A stretch of DNA of 64,000 nucleotides, taken from positions 500 through 64,499 of the forward strand of contig JASJAU010000037.1 of assembly GCA_030066855.1 (NCBI GenBank), written 5' to 3'. The translations under genes and the position numbers were made by a program. Position 1 is the first letter of the stretch. Every line of letters starts with the position of its first letter. Source of the stretch: Paracoccaceae bacterium (GTDB taxonomy: Bacteria; Pseudomonadota; Alphaproteobacteria; Rhodobacterales; Rhodobacteraceae). The notes beneath the pieces are model-generated. The model did no database searches. It had not been told where the DNA came from and was given only the letters and a program-made list of their open reading frames with translations. This document shows positions 10,264-21,389 of the stretch, piece by piece.

Positions 10264-10761
10264 TCACTCGACGACCATCAAGGGCGCGCCGAATTCCACC
10301 GGCGCGCCGTCCTCGACGAGGATGCGCTTGACCGTTCCAGCCTTGGGGGCCGGGATCTGGTTCATTGTCTTCATCGCCTCGACGATGAGAAGCGTCTGAC
10401 CCTCGGTGACCTTGTCGCCGATCTTGACGAAGACTTCCGCGCCGGGTTCCGGCGCCAGATAGGCGGTGCCGACCATCGGCGAGGTGATCGCGCCGGGAAG
10501 CGCGGCCGGGTCGTCGCTCGCAGGCGCGGCTTCGGCAGGCGCGGCAACGGGAGCCGGAGCAGCTGGGGCTGCGGGCGCGACGGGCGCGGCGGGAACAGCC
10601 ACCTGGATCGCGCTTGCAGACACGCGGCTCACGCGCACATTCAGGTTGCCGTCATCCGCGTAATTCCGCTTGACCTGCAATTCGCTCAGATCGTTTTCCT
10701 GCAGCAGCTCGGCCAGAGCCCGGATGAAATCGACGTCATCCGCGTGGGTCTTGTTTGTCAT
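10264..10761 (-). CDS. accB: Acetyl-CoA carboxylase biotin carboxyl carrier protein
   Basis: Ala/Pro linker and the biotinylation motif EAMKTMN. Located upstream of accC. Confidence 0.93.
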   Translation of the reverse strand: MTNKTHADDVDFIRALAELLQENDLSELQVKRNYADDGNLNVRVSRVSASAIQVAVPAAPVAPAAPAAPAPVAAPAEAAPASDDPAALPGAITSPMVGTAYLAPEPGAEVFVKIGDKVTEGQTLLIVEAMKTMNQIPAPKAGTVKRILVEDGAPVEFGAPLMVVE

Positions 10762-11049
10762 GCTTGTCCCTCCCGCCTCATCGGCCGATCAACGCCCGCT
10801 TTCTTGCCGCAGGGTTATAGGGGAGAGGCTCTGGAAGGAAAAGCGTCCTTGGTCCCGTTCTCCAATGGCTCGAAATCCACATGGTTTTACTCTTGTTGGG
10901 GAGACGGGTTGATCGCATGATTGCGATGAGGGCGGAAACAGCGAACTCGCCATGCGCCGGCATCGCAACGGGCTTAGGCAAAGGACGGCGACACTGCAAA
11001 CTACATCCATGCTATGCTGGACGCCTCACATCTGACCGGGAGGAGCGAT

Positions 11050-11400
11050 ATGGCTTGGATCATGGCGTATGCCGGCGCGGTGCCGACGGCGAAAAAGGCG
11101 GAATATCAGGCGCATGCGGCCCGCATGGCCGACATCTTCCGAAAGCACGGCGCCACCCGCGTCGTCGAGACCTGGGGAGAGGCGGTGCCGCCAGGCAATA
11201 TCACTTCATTTCCGATGGCGGTGAAAGCCGGCCCCGATGACACGGTCGTGTTCGGCTGGCAGGAATGGCCCGACCGGGCGACGCAGGAGGCCAAGTTTCA
11301 GGAAGCCATGCAGGATCCCGAGATGGGCGAGATGGGCGAAGTGCCGATCAATGGCCAAACGATGATTTTCGCGGGTTTCGACGTACTGACGGATACCTAG
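11050..11400 (+). CDS. DUF1428-family protein
   Basis: GGGAGGA SD before the ATG. Shows the TSFPMAVKA...VVFGWQEW...MIFAGF pattern of DUF1428. Confidence 0.65.
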   Translation: MAWIMAYAGAVPTAKKAEYQAHAARMADIFRKHGATRVVETWGEAVPPGNITSFPMAVKAGPDDTVVFGWQEWPDRATQEAKFQEAMQDPEMGEMGEVPINGQTMIFAGFDVLTDT

Positions 11401-11621
11401 CCGCGCGGGAGCGGCTCATGGCCGACTGGCCGGCGGATCGAACGGGCATCAGATCCCCCGATCCGTTCCGCCCCGCTCCGGCGTCGAGAACCGCGTAACA
11501 TTGGGGAAGATGCAGCCCGGACGGTTTGATGGGCGGTCAAAAACGGTGGTGGTAGCCTAATGCGCCAACCGGACGAGGCATCCTGACAACCCGGCGTCCA
11601 AAGCTCCCGCCAGAGCCCTGC

Positions 11622-12161
11622 CTAGCGCGAGAGGTTCAGGCTTGAGGCCGCAGGGTCTTCGGCTATCGACCGCGTTTCAGCAAAACCGGTCTCGGCCCGG
11701 GTGAATCGCGCGGGCGCAGTCTCGCCTCGGACCGGCTCCGTCGTTTCCTCTTGCCGCTTGCCGGGCGCGCCGGCTGGCTCAAAGACCTCCGTCTCTTCGG
11801 CACTGGGCGCGGCCGGTTCAAGCTCAGGCGGCAGGTCCGGCGGATCGAGGGCGACCCTGACCTGCCGTTCCAGCGGGCTTTCCTGAAAGGCCGGCGGCGG
11901 CCCGGTGGGCCCGTCGCCCAGTGGCGGACGGCCGCTCGTCTCGTCGGTTTCCCTGTCGCGAAGGCGCTGCGCCGCCGGAAGCTGCTCCGGCGGGTCAATT
12001 GCGCGCGCGGTCTCGGCCCGGAGCGAAGCCCGCGGCGCCTCGCCGGCGGAGGCGCGGGCCGCGCCCGGCTGGGGTGGCTGCGCGGACTTGGACGACGCCG
12101 GCGGCTGCCCGGTTTCAGCGGGCTTGATCGGTGTGACGGAGGTGGAGACGGCGGATATCAT
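11622..12161 (-). CDS. Hypothetical Pro/Ala/Glu-rich protein
   Basis: 179-aa low-complexity ORF with no recognisable domain. In this GC context its reality as a gene is uncertain. Confidence 0.35.
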   Translation of the reverse strand: MISAVSTSVTPIKPAETGQPPASSKSAQPPQPGAARASAGEAPRASLRAETARAIDPPEQLPAAQRLRDRETDETSGRPPLGDGPTGPPPAFQESPLERQVRVALDPPDLPPELEPAAPSAEETEVFEPAGAPGKRQEETTEPVRGETAPARFTRAETGFAETRSIAEDPAASSLNLSR

Positions 12162-12238
12162 GGCCCTCGATCCTCAACGAGAATCCCCACCTGAGCGTGA
12201 CGCTACAGGCTGGTTATGAAGAAACCGTTAACGCCGGG

Positions 12239-12862
12239 TCATTTTGGTGCGGGGGCAAGCGCTCTCCGGTAGAGCGCGGACAGAAACGCGGCAGCCTGAT
12301 CGAAGTGCTCCGACGCCTCGGGTCTTAGGATGCCCCTGACCTGCACGTCGAAATCCGCGTAATGCTGCGTTGTCGCCCAGATCGAAAAGATCAGATGATG
12401 CGGGTCGACGGGCGCGAGACGGCCTTCGTCGATCCAGCTCTGCAAAACACCCGCGACCTCATCGACAAGCGACTTCAGCGGTCCATCGATGGATTCCAGA
12501 ATCCTGGGCGCACCCTGCACGATTTCATTCGCGAAGAGTCTGCTTTCGCGCGGGAATTCCCGGCTCATATCCAGCTTCCGCAGGACATAGCTCACGATCT
12601 CGCCGACCGGGTCGCCGTCCGGATCAATCCCGCGCATGGGGTCGAGCCATGTGTCGAGCAGACCGGACAGAAGCTCGGTGTAAATCGCCTCCTTCGACGG
12701 GAAGTAGTAGAGCACGTTCGGCTTTGACAGCCCGGCGGCTCCCGCGATCTGATCAAGCGTCGCGCCGCGAAACCCTTCGGACGAAAAGACGTCCAGCGCC
12801 GCTTCCAGAATCGCCTCGCGGTTCTTACGCTGAATGCGGGTTTTTGGGCGTTCGTTTTTCAA
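12239..12862 (-). CDS. rutR: TetR-family regulator, RutR-like (pyrimidine catabolism)
   Basis: N-terminal TetR HTH (ILEAALDVFSSEGFRGATLDQIAGAAGLSKPNVLYYF). Divergent from a beta-alanine/pyrimidine cluster and next to a RutR-box palindrome. Confidence 0.75.
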   Translation of the reverse strand: MKNERPKTRIQRKNREAILEAALDVFSSEGFRGATLDQIAGAAGLSKPNVLYYFPSKEAIYTELLSGLLDTWLDPMRGIDPDGDPVGEIVSYVLRKLDMSREFPRESRLFANEIVQGAPRILESIDGPLKSLVDEVAGVLQSWIDEGRLAPVDPHHLIFSIWATTQHYADFDVQVRGILRPEASEHFDQAAAFLSALYRRALAPAPK

Positions 12863-12983
12863 GTCTTATGCATCTTTCATTTTGCGCCGCGCGGGTTTTT
12901 CGCTCATCCTTTTGCGAACCATGTCTGGTTGGGCTTTGGCCTTGGCCGCGCTTGACTGCGAATAGCGCTCTGCTAGCGTCATC

Positions 12984-12999
12984 CTGACCAAATGGTCAA
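12984..12999. promoter_or_regulatory. RutR-box-like palindrome CTGACCAAATGGTCAA
   Basis: Perfect TGACCA-NN-TGGTCA dyad in the rutR/aminotransferase divergent promoter. It matches the E. coli RutR consensus TTGACCAnnTGGTCAA at 15 of 16 positions (consensus quoted from memory). Confidence 0.6.
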
Positions 13000-13031
13000 A
13001 CATTTTGCAGCCCTTGCCTAGGAGGTGTGCC

Positions 13032-14354
13032 ATGGCGCTTGACCGTCCGACCGTTCCGAATGACCTCTCGGCGTTTTGGATGCCGTTCACGGCCAACCGG
13101 CAGTTCAAGAACGCGCCGCGCATGTTCGCCTCTGCCAAAGACATGCACTACAAGACCACCGATGGCCGGGACGTTCTGGACGGCACAGCGGGGCTTTGGT
13201 GCTGCAACGCGGGCCATTGCCGGCCGAGGATAGTGGAAGCCATTCAAAAGCAGGCGGCCGAGTTGGACTACGCGCCCGCTTTCCAGATGGGCCACCCGCG
13301 CGCCTTCGAGCTCGCCTCCGCAGTGCGCGACATCGCGCCTGAAGGCATGGAGCATGTGTTCTTTACGAACTCCGGCTCAGAAAGCGTTGAGACGGCGCTG
13401 AAAATCGCGCTGGCCTATCATCGGGCGAAGGGAGAAGGGCACCGCACGCGTCTGGTGGGTCGCGAAAAGGGATACCATGGGGTGAACTTCGGTGGCATCT
13501 CGGTTGGCGGGATCACCAACAACAAGCGGATGTTCCCCTCGCTCCCGAACGTCACGCATCTGCCCGCAACCCACCTGAAAGAGAACTTCTTCAGTCGGGG
13601 CCAGCCGGAGCATGGCGCGGACCTCGCCGACGAGTTGGAGCGGCAGGCGGCGATCTACGGCGGAGAGACCATCGCGGCCTGCATCGTAGAGCCCGTCGCC
13701 GGATCCGCCGGGGTCATCCTGCCGCCGAAGGGGTATCTTGAGCGGATCCGCGAGATCTGCGACCGCCACGGCATCCTGTTGATCTTTGACGAGGTGATCA
13801 CGGGTTTTGGGCGCCTGGGCGCCGCGTTCGCCGCCGATCGTTTCGGCGTGATCCCCGATCTGATCACCTGCGCTAAGGGCCTTACCTCGGGAGTCATTCC
13901 AATGGGCGCCGTGCTTGCCTCGAATGACATCCATGACGCCTTCATGCACGGGCCCGAGCATGTGATCGAATTCTTCCACGGCTACACCTATTCCGGCTCC
14001 CCCATCGCGTCCGCCGCCGGGCTGGCGACCTTGGAGGTCTACAAGGAGGAGAGTCTCTTTGAGCGCGCTCGGGAGCTTGAGGGCTACTGGGAGGACGCGG
14101 TCCATTCACTGGCGCATCATCCCCATGTGATCGACGTGCGGAACCTCGGGCTGATCGGCGCGATCGAGCTTGAGCCCATCGCGGGAGAGCCCACGAAACG
14201 GGCGTTTTCCGCATTCCTCGATGCCTATGAGCAGGGCATCCTGATCCGGACGACGGGCGACATCATCGCCATGTCCCCGCCGCTCATCATTGAGAAAGCC
14301 CATATCGATCAGTTGGTTGAGACGCTCTCAGGCGTTTTGAAGCGGCTGCAGTAA
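13032..14354 (+). CDS. Class III (omega) aminotransferase, beta-alanine--pyruvate transaminase-like
   Basis: AGGAGG SD before the ATG. Shows LWCCNAGHCRPRIVEAI..., DEVITGFGRLG and CAKGLTSG (PLP lysine). Confidence 0.88.
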   Translation: MALDRPTVPNDLSAFWMPFTANRQFKNAPRMFASAKDMHYKTTDGRDVLDGTAGLWCCNAGHCRPRIVEAIQKQAAELDYAPAFQMGHPRAFELASAVRDIAPEGMEHVFFTNSGSESVETALKIALAYHRAKGEGHRTRLVGREKGYHGVNFGGISVGGITNNKRMFPSLPNVTHLPATHLKENFFSRGQPEHGADLADELERQAAIYGGETIAACIVEPVAGSAGVILPPKGYLERIREICDRHGILLIFDEVITGFGRLGAAFAADRFGVIPDLITCAKGLTSGVIPMGAVLASNDIHDAFMHGPEHVIEFFHGYTYSGSPIASAAGLATLEVYKEESLFERARELEGYWEDAVHSLAHHPHVIDVRNLGLIGAIELEPIAGEPTKRAFSAFLDAYEQGILIRTTGDIIAMSPPLIIEKAHIDQLVETLSGVLKRLQ

Positions 14355-14379
14355 GCGAAGAAGACAGGGGGATCGGGGC

Positions 14380-15630
14380 ATGGCCGCACCAGCCGCGAAC
14401 ATGAAGATTGATGGGGACCGTCTCTGGGACAGCCTCATGGAGATGGCCAAAATAGGCCCGGGCGTCGCGGGCGGCAACAACCGCCAGACGGTGACGGATG
14501 AGGACGGCGAGGGCCGCGCGCTGTTCCAGAAATGGTGCGAGGACGCGGGCATGACCATGGGCGTCGACCAGATGGGCACGATGTTCATGCGCCGCGAGGG
14601 GACGGATCCCGACGCGCTCCCGGTCTACGTCGGCTCGCACCTCGACACCCAGCCGACCGGTGGAAAATACGACGGCGTTCTGGGCGTGCTCGGCGGCTTG
14701 GAGATCGTGCGGACGCTCAACGACCTCGACATCAAGACCAAACATCCGATCGTGGTGGTGAACTGGACGAATGAGGAGGGAACGCGGTTCGCTCCGGCCA
14801 TGCTTGCTTCGGGCGTCTTCGCCGGGCGGCACGAGCTGCAATGGGCCTACGATCGGGTTGACGCGAATGGCAAAACATTTGGCAATGAGCTGGAGCGGAT
14901 CGGCTGGCGCGGCGACGAGGAGGTCGGCAAGCGCGACATGCATGCCTTCTTCGAGCTGCATATTGAGCAAGGGCCCATCCTCGAGGCCGAAGGCAAAGAC
15001 ATCGGTGTCGTCACACATGGCCAGGGCCTCCGCTGGATCGAGTGCACGGTGATAGGCAAGGAAAGCCACACGGGCTCGACGCCAATGCATATGCGCAAGA
15101 ACGCGGGGCGCGGGTTGGCGCTAGTGACCGAGCTTGTCCACGAGATCGCGATGAAGAAGCAGCCGAACGCGGTGGGCGCCATCGGCCATATCGACGTTTA
15201 TCCCAACAGCCGGAACATCATCCCCGGCAAGGTGGTATTCACCGTCGATATGCGCACGCACCTTTTGGACAAGCTGAACGGCATGGTCGCCGAGTTCATG
15301 GAGCGGGCGCCGAAGCTCTGCGAGGAGATCGGCGTTTCCTTCGAATGCGAGATCGTCGGCCAGTTCGACCCGCCCGCCTTTGACGTAGGTTGCGTTGGCG
15401 CGGTTCGGAGCGCTGCCGAGCGGCTCGGCTACAGCCATATGGACATCGTCTCGGGCGCCGGACACGACGCCTGCTGGATCAACGATGTCGCGCCGACAGC
15501 GATGGTGATGTGCCCCTGCGTCGACGGCCTGAGCCATAACGAGGCCGAGGAGATTTCCAAGGAATGGGCGGCGGCGGGTGCGGATGTGCTGATGCACGCG
15601 GTCGTCGAAACGGCGGAGATCGTGGAGTGA
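14380..15630 (+). CDS. M20-family amidohydrolase (N-carbamoyl-beta-alanine / beta-ureidopropionase-type, allantoate amidohydrolase family)
   Basis: GSHLDTQPTGGKYDGVLGVLGGLE and WTNEEGTRF motifs. Lies between the aminotransferase and dihydropyrimidinase genes. Confidence 0.85.
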   Translation: MAAPAANMKIDGDRLWDSLMEMAKIGPGVAGGNNRQTVTDEDGEGRALFQKWCEDAGMTMGVDQMGTMFMRREGTDPDALPVYVGSHLDTQPTGGKYDGVLGVLGGLEIVRTLNDLDIKTKHPIVVVNWTNEEGTRFAPAMLASGVFAGRHELQWAYDRVDANGKTFGNELERIGWRGDEEVGKRDMHAFFELHIEQGPILEAEGKDIGVVTHGQGLRWIECTVIGKESHTGSTPMHMRKNAGRGLALVTELVHEIAMKKQPNAVGAIGHIDVYPNSRNIIPGKVVFTVDMRTHLLDKLNGMVAEFMERAPKLCEEIGVSFECEIVGQFDPPAFDVGCVGAVRSAAERLGYSHMDIVSGAGHDACWINDVAPTAMVMCPCVDGLSHNEAEEISKEWAAAGADVLMHAVVETAEIVE

Positions 15631-15688
15631 CCAAAACGCTTCGAAGCATTTTTCGAGGTCTTTCGAAGGACCTTGAAAGGAGTATGAA

Positions 15689-16435
15689 ATGAACGTCCAA
15701 AGCGCCACGACCGACGAAACCCAAATCCGTATCGACCTGGCTGCCGCGATCCGGCTCGCCTGCCGCGCGGATTGGCACGAAGGGGTCGCCAACCATTTCT
15801 CCGCCGCTGTTTCCGCAGACGGCCGCAAATTCCTGGTCAATCCGCGCTGGGTGCATTGGAGCCGGGTGCGGGCCTCGGACCTCGTCCTCTGCGACGCCGA
15901 CGATCCGAGCACGATGAAGCGGCCCGATGCGCCAGACCCCTCGGCCTGGTCGATCCATTCGGCATTGCACCGGAACCTCCCCCAGGCCCGCGTGGCGCTT
16001 CATATCCATCCGCCCTACGCAACCGCGCTTGCGACGCTGAAAGATCCGACGATTCACCCGATCGATCAAGTCACGGCCCGCTTTTTCAAGCGCCTGGCCT
16101 ATGATCTGAGCTTCGGCGGTATCGCCACCGAGGGCGCCGAGGGCGAGCGCATCGCGGCGTCCATCGGCAACCACACGAGCGTGATGATGCAAAACCATGG
16201 AGTAACAACGCTGGGCGCGACCGTGGCCGAGGCCTTCGACGCCATGTACCACCTCGAGCGGGCCGCGCGGACGATGGTACTGGCCTATTCCACCGGCCAG
16301 CCGCTCGAGATCATGCCGGACGCGCTGGCCGAGATCACCGCAGCCGAGTGGGAGGATTACACCGACTCCCAGTTCGCCCATTTCGCCGAGATGAAACGGG
16401 TGCTCGACAAGGAAGAGCCGGATTACAAAGACTAA
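15689..16435 (+). CDS. Class II aldolase/adducin-family protein
   Basis: 248 aa with a class II aldolase-like pattern (HIHPPYATALA..., MQNHGVTTLGATVAEAF). Confidence 0.78.
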   Translation: MNVQSATTDETQIRIDLAAAIRLACRADWHEGVANHFSAAVSADGRKFLVNPRWVHWSRVRASDLVLCDADDPSTMKRPDAPDPSAWSIHSALHRNLPQARVALHIHPPYATALATLKDPTIHPIDQVTARFFKRLAYDLSFGGIATEGAEGERIAASIGNHTSVMMQNHGVTTLGATVAEAFDAMYHLERAARTMVLAYSTGQPLEIMPDALAEITAAEWEDYTDSQFAHFAEMKRVLDKEEPDYKD

Positions 16436-16519
16436 ACCCTGGGGGCGCCGCCCCCGGACCCCGGAGTAATTCCCCCATGAGGAAGTGCCCGGAACACAAG
16501 ACAGAACGGGGAGCGTACC

Positions 16520-17974
16520 ATGTCCACTATCATCAAGAACGGCACCGTTGTAACGGCCGATCTGTCCTACAAGGCCGACGTGCTGGTCGAGGACGGCGTG
16601 ATTATCGAGATCGGTCAGGGGCTGTCCGGCGACGAGGAGCTGGACGCGACGGGCTGCTATGTCATGCCGGGCGGGATCGACCCGCACACGCATCTCGAGA
16701 TGCCGTTCATGGGGACCTATTCCACCGACGATTTCGAAAGCGGCACCCGCGCCGCGCTTTCTGGCGGCACCACGATGGTCGTCGATTTCGCTCTGCCGTC
16801 GCCGGGCCAGGGGCTCCATGACGCGCTTCAGATGTGGCACAACAAGTCGACCAAGGCGAATTGCGACTACTCCTACCATATGGCCGTTACCTGGTGGGGC
16901 GAGCAGGTCTTCAACGAGATGCAGTCGGTGATCGAGAAGGAAGGGATCACCACCTTCAAGCATTTCATGGCCTACAAGGGCGCCCTGATGGTGAACGATG
17001 ATGAGATGTTCGCCTCTTTCAAGCGGTTGGCCGAGCTTGGCGGCATCGCGCTCGTTCACGCCGAGAACGGCGACGTGGTGGCCGAATTGCAGGCCAAGCT
17101 CATGGCCGAGGGCAATACCGGCCCCGAGGCGCATGCCTATTCGCGGCCCAGCCAGGTGGAGGGCGAGGCGACCAACCGCGCGATCATGATCGCTGACATG
17201 GCCGGCGTGCCGCTCTATGTGGTCCACACCTCCTGCGAAGAGGCCCACGAGGCCATCCGCCGCGCCCGCCAGCTCGGGAAGCGGGTCTGGGGCGAGCCGC
17301 TGATCCAGCACTTGACGCTGGACGAAAGCGAATACGCCCATCCCGACTGGGATCACGCCGCGCGTCGCGTGATGTCGCCGCCCTTCCGGAACAAACAGCA
17401 TCAGGACAGCCTTTGGAACGGGCTGGCCTCCGGCTCGCTTTCGGTCGTGGCGACCGACCATTGCGCGTTCACCACAGAGCAGAAGCGTTACGGCGTCGGT
17501 GACTTCACCAAGATCCCGAACGGCACCGGCGGGCTCGAGGACCGGATGCCGATGCTCTGGACCTATGGCGTGAACACCGGGCGGCTGACGCCGCAGGAGT
17601 TCGTCGCGGTGACCTCGACCAACATTGCCAAGATATTGAATTGCTACCCGAAAAAGGGCGCGATCCTTGTCGGCGCCGATGCCGATATTGTGGTCTGGGA
17701 TCCGGAGAAATCCAAAACCATCGCCGCCGCGACCCAGCAGTCGGCCATCGATTACAACGTTTTCGAAGGCAAGGAGGTCAAAGGCCTTCCCCGTTTCACG
17801 CTCACGCGCGGCCACGTCGCAATTCACGATGGCGAGGTGCGGACGCAGGAAGGCCACGGCAAGTTCGTCCGCCGCGAGCCTTACGGCGCGGTCAATAAGG
17901 CGCTGTCGTCCTGGAAGGAGCTCACCGCGCCGAGGCCGGTTGAGCGGACCGGTATACCGGCGACGGGAGTTTGA
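16520..17974 (+). CDS. hydA: Dihydropyrimidinase (D-hydantoinase)
   Basis: MPGGIDPHTHLEMPFMGT, KHFMAYKGALMV (carbamylated Lys region) and VATDHCAF are canonical. Confidence 0.92.
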   Translation: MSTIIKNGTVVTADLSYKADVLVEDGVIIEIGQGLSGDEELDATGCYVMPGGIDPHTHLEMPFMGTYSTDDFESGTRAALSGGTTMVVDFALPSPGQGLHDALQMWHNKSTKANCDYSYHMAVTWWGEQVFNEMQSVIEKEGITTFKHFMAYKGALMVNDDEMFASFKRLAELGGIALVHAENGDVVAELQAKLMAEGNTGPEAHAYSRPSQVEGEATNRAIMIADMAGVPLYVVHTSCEEAHEAIRRARQLGKRVWGEPLIQHLTLDESEYAHPDWDHAARRVMSPPFRNKQHQDSLWNGLASGSLSVVATDHCAFTTEQKRYGVGDFTKIPNGTGGLEDRMPMLWTYGVNTGRLTPQEFVAVTSTNIAKILNCYPKKGAILVGADADIVVWDPEKSKTIAAATQQSAIDYNVFEGKEVKGLPRFTLTRGHVAIHDGEVRTQEGHGKFVRREPYGAVNKALSSWKELTAPRPVERTGIPATGV

Positions 17975-18037
17975 TGGACCGAGCGGGCGCGGAGCCCGCC
18001 GCGGCGCGCATCCAATCGGAGTTGAGCTGAAAATCCA

Positions 18038-18069
18038 GGCGCGGGCCGCTGGTCCGCGCCCTTTTGTTG
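18038..18069 (+). terminator. Rho-independent terminator after dihydropyrimidinase
   Basis: 7-bp GC stem GGCGCGG / CCGCGCC with a 9-nt loop, followed by CTTTTGTTG. Confidence 0.6.
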
Positions 18070-18528
18070 CGAATTCACTGCACTTGGGTGGGTTTTCGCC
18101 GATCGGGTCGCCGCGTTCGCTTGCCTCGTTCATATTCCATTCGCAAGTTGGCGTCAGAGCTGGGGACCAACCCCGGCCAGAGGCAGAAAGAGCGAAACAT
18201 GGCAGACATCCTGAAAATGGTCCTGAAAGGGCCGGGCCACCGCCGTCGGGCGCTTACGCTTTGGCAAGCGTGGTGGCGGCGCGCCGTTTGACATGGGCGC
18301 GGGCGGCGGGCGCCGCAGGGGCTGGCGCGAGCGGCTGAACGCACTCTACGGCGGTCGCGCGAAATCGGTCGCGCCAAAGGCGCGTGAGGGCCGGACGCAG
18401 AGTCGGTCGTCTCTGGGCGGAATTGTCAGCATGCTGGAGAACACGCTGGCGGAAGACGTCTTCAGCGAGGAAGACGGCAAACCGGCGAAAGCGCGGAACT
18501 CGCGGCTTTCCTAGGTCCGCTCCTTCAT

Positions 18529-18567
18529 CCGAAACACCAAACCCCGCCAACGGCTTCGCTGGCGGGG
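18529..18567 (-). terminator. Rho-independent terminator after acs
   Basis: Perfect 8-bp stem CCCCGCCA / TGGCGGGG with a 10-nt loop. On the minus strand it is followed by TTTGGTGTTTCGG. Confidence 0.65.
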
Positions 18568-18596
18568 CTCGGGCAATAATCCCATTGCGGCTCTGA

Positions 18597-20555
18597 TCAG
18601 GCGCGGTTCATCCGGTTCTCGATCAGGTCCTCGACCACTTCCGGCTCGGCGAGGGTCGAGGTGTCGCCCAGCGCTCCGTAGTCGTTTTCGGCGATTTTTC
18701 TCAGGATCCGCCGCATGATCTTGCCCGACCGCGTCTTCGGCAGGCCCGGGGCGAACTGAATCAGATCAGGTTTTGCGATCGGTCCGATTTCCGATCGCAC
18801 CCAGGTCTCCAGCTCCTTGCGCAGTTCCTCTGACGGGCTCTCGCCCCCCATTAGGGTGACATAGGCGTAGATGCCCTGGCCCTTGATCTCGTGCGGGTAA
18901 CCGACGACAGCGGCCTCGGCCACTTTCGAATGCGCGACGAGCGCGCTTTCGACCTCGGCGGTACCCATCCGGTGGCCGGACACGTTGATCACGTCATCAA
19001 CGCGGCCGGTGATCCAGTAGTACCCATCGGCATCCCGGCGGCAGCCGTCGCCCGAGAAGTAGTAGCCCTTGTAGTCTGAGAAATAAGTCTTCTCGAACCG
19101 CTCATGATCGCCCCACACGGTGCGCATCTGGGCGGGCCAGCTATCTTTCATGCAGAGCACGCCCTCGGCCTCGGTCGTGGTGATCTCCTCGCCAGTTTGC
19201 GGCTCGAGGATCACGGGCTGGACGCCGAAGAAGGGCAGGGTCGCGGAGCCCGGCTTGGTCGGGATCGCCCCCGGCAGCGGCGTCAGCAGATGCCCGCCGG
19301 TCTCGGTCTGCCACCACGTGTCGACGATCGGCACGTTGCCGTGGCCGACGACCTCGTTATACCAGTTCCAGGCCTCCGGATTGATCGGCTCGCCGACGGT
19401 TCCCAGAACCTTCAGCGACGACAGGTCATGCCGGTCAACGAACTCTGTGCCCTTGCCCATCAGGGCGCGGATGGCGGTGGGGGCGGTGTAGAACTGATTG
19501 ACCTGGTGCCGGTCGCACACGTCCCAGAAACGGCCCGCGTCGGGGTAGGTCGGCACGCCCTCGAACATCAGCGTCGTCGCGCCGTTCGCGAGCGGGCCGT
19601 AGACGATGTAGCTGTGGCCGGTGACCCAACCAACATCCGCCGTGCACCAGAAGATGTCGCCGTCGTGGTAGTCGAACACGTACTCATGCGTCATCGAGGC
19701 GAAGACCAGATAGCCGCCCGACGTGTGGACCACGCCCTTCGGCTGACCGGTTGAGCCCGAGGTGTAGAGGATGAAAAGCGGGTCTTCCGCGTTCATCTCT
19801 TCTGGCGGGCACTCGTCCGAGACATCGGCGGCCAGATCATGCAGCCAGAAGTCGCGACCGTCCGTCATCGGCACGTCGCCGCCCGTGCGGCGCACGACCA
19901 GCATCTTGGCGTCGCCCTCAACCTTGGCAAAGGCCTTGTCCGCGTTGACCTTGAGCGGTGTGTTCCGCCCGCCGCGCGGCGCTTCGTCGGCGGTGATTAC
20001 TACTGAGCCCTGGCACTGGTTCACCCGCGCGGCCAGAGCGTCGGGCGAGAAGCCTGCGAAGACGATCGAGTGGATCGCGCCGATCCGCGCGCTGGCGAGC
20101 ATGGCATAGGCGGCTTCCGGGATCATCGGCAGATAGAGAACGACGCGGTCGCCCTTCTTCACGCCCATGCCTTTGAGCACATTGGCGAAGCGAGAGACTT
20201 CGCGGTGCAGCTCGGCGTAGGTGATGTGCCTGGCGTCATGCTCAGGATTGTCCGGCTCCCAGATAATCGCTGTCTGGTCGCCGCGCGTGGTCAGATGCCG
20301 GTCGATGCAGTTCGCGGCCACGTTCAGCGTGCCGTCCTCGAACCAGCGGATATCGATGTTTCCCGGCGCGAAGGAGGTGTTCTTCACCTTGGTGAAGGGT
20401 TTGATCCAGTCGATCCGCTTGCCGTGTTCGCTCCAGAACCCTTCCGGGTCCTCGACCGACTGCTTGTACATGGCGTCGTACTTGGCGCGGTCGGCATGTG
20501 CGTTGTTGGCCATCTCCTCGTCCGGCCAATACATTCCATCCCGTTCATCCAGCAT
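18597..20555 (-). CDS. acs: Acetyl-CoA synthetase (AMP-forming)
   Basis: 652 aa. Shows [20 protein letters not shown] and the C-terminal [13 protein letters not shown] (acetylated-Lys motif). Confidence 0.97.
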   Translation of the reverse strand: MLDERDGMYWPDEEMANNAHADRAKYDAMYKQSVEDPEGFWSEHGKRIDWIKPFTKVKNTSFAPGNIDIRWFEDGTLNVAANCIDRHLTTRGDQTAIIWEPDNPEHDARHITYAELHREVSRFANVLKGMGVKKGDRVVLYLPMIPEAAYAMLASARIGAIHSIVFAGFSPDALAARVNQCQGSVVITADEAPRGGRNTPLKVNADKAFAKVEGDAKMLVVRRTGGDVPMTDGRDFWLHDLAADVSDECPPEEMNAEDPLFILYTSGSTGQPKGVVHTSGGYLVFASMTHEYVFDYHDGDIFWCTADVGWVTGHSYIVYGPLANGATTLMFEGVPTYPDAGRFWDVCDRHQVNQFYTAPTAIRALMGKGTEFVDRHDLSSLKVLGTVGEPINPEAWNWYNEVVGHGNVPIVDTWWQTETGGHLLTPLPGAIPTKPGSATLPFFGVQPVILEPQTGEEITTTEAEGVLCMKDSWPAQMRTVWGDHERFEKTYFSDYKGYYFSGDGCRRDADGYYWITGRVDDVINVSGHRMGTAEVESALVAHSKVAEAAVVGYPHEIKGQGIYAYVTLMGGESPSEELRKELETWVRSEIGPIAKPDLIQFAPGLPKTRSGKIMRRILRKIAENDYGALGDTSTLAEPEVVEDLIENRMNRA

Positions 20556-20621
20556 GGGGTCCCCTCCTGGTCGTCATTTTGTCTGGGTGACAGGCGCCGC
20601 CTGAGACGCGGCGCCAAGCCG

Positions 20622-21377
<756 letters not shown>

Positions 21378-21389
21378 CTCCGTCCCTCC

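Noticed and set aside
10900-10925. ATCGCA-TGAT-TGCGAT palindrome upstream of accB as a regulatory site
   Set aside because: It is a short 6-bp-arm dyad that could arise by chance, and I know of no regulator to link it to.
15479-18133. 884-aa minus-strand ORF, the longest in the track
   Set aside because: It lies entirely antisense to three well-supported plus-strand genes (M20 amidohydrolase, aldolase-family protein, dihydropyrimidinase). Its Arg/Gly/Pro/His-rich composition shows no domain-like motifs. This is a typical shadow ORF in high-GC DNA.
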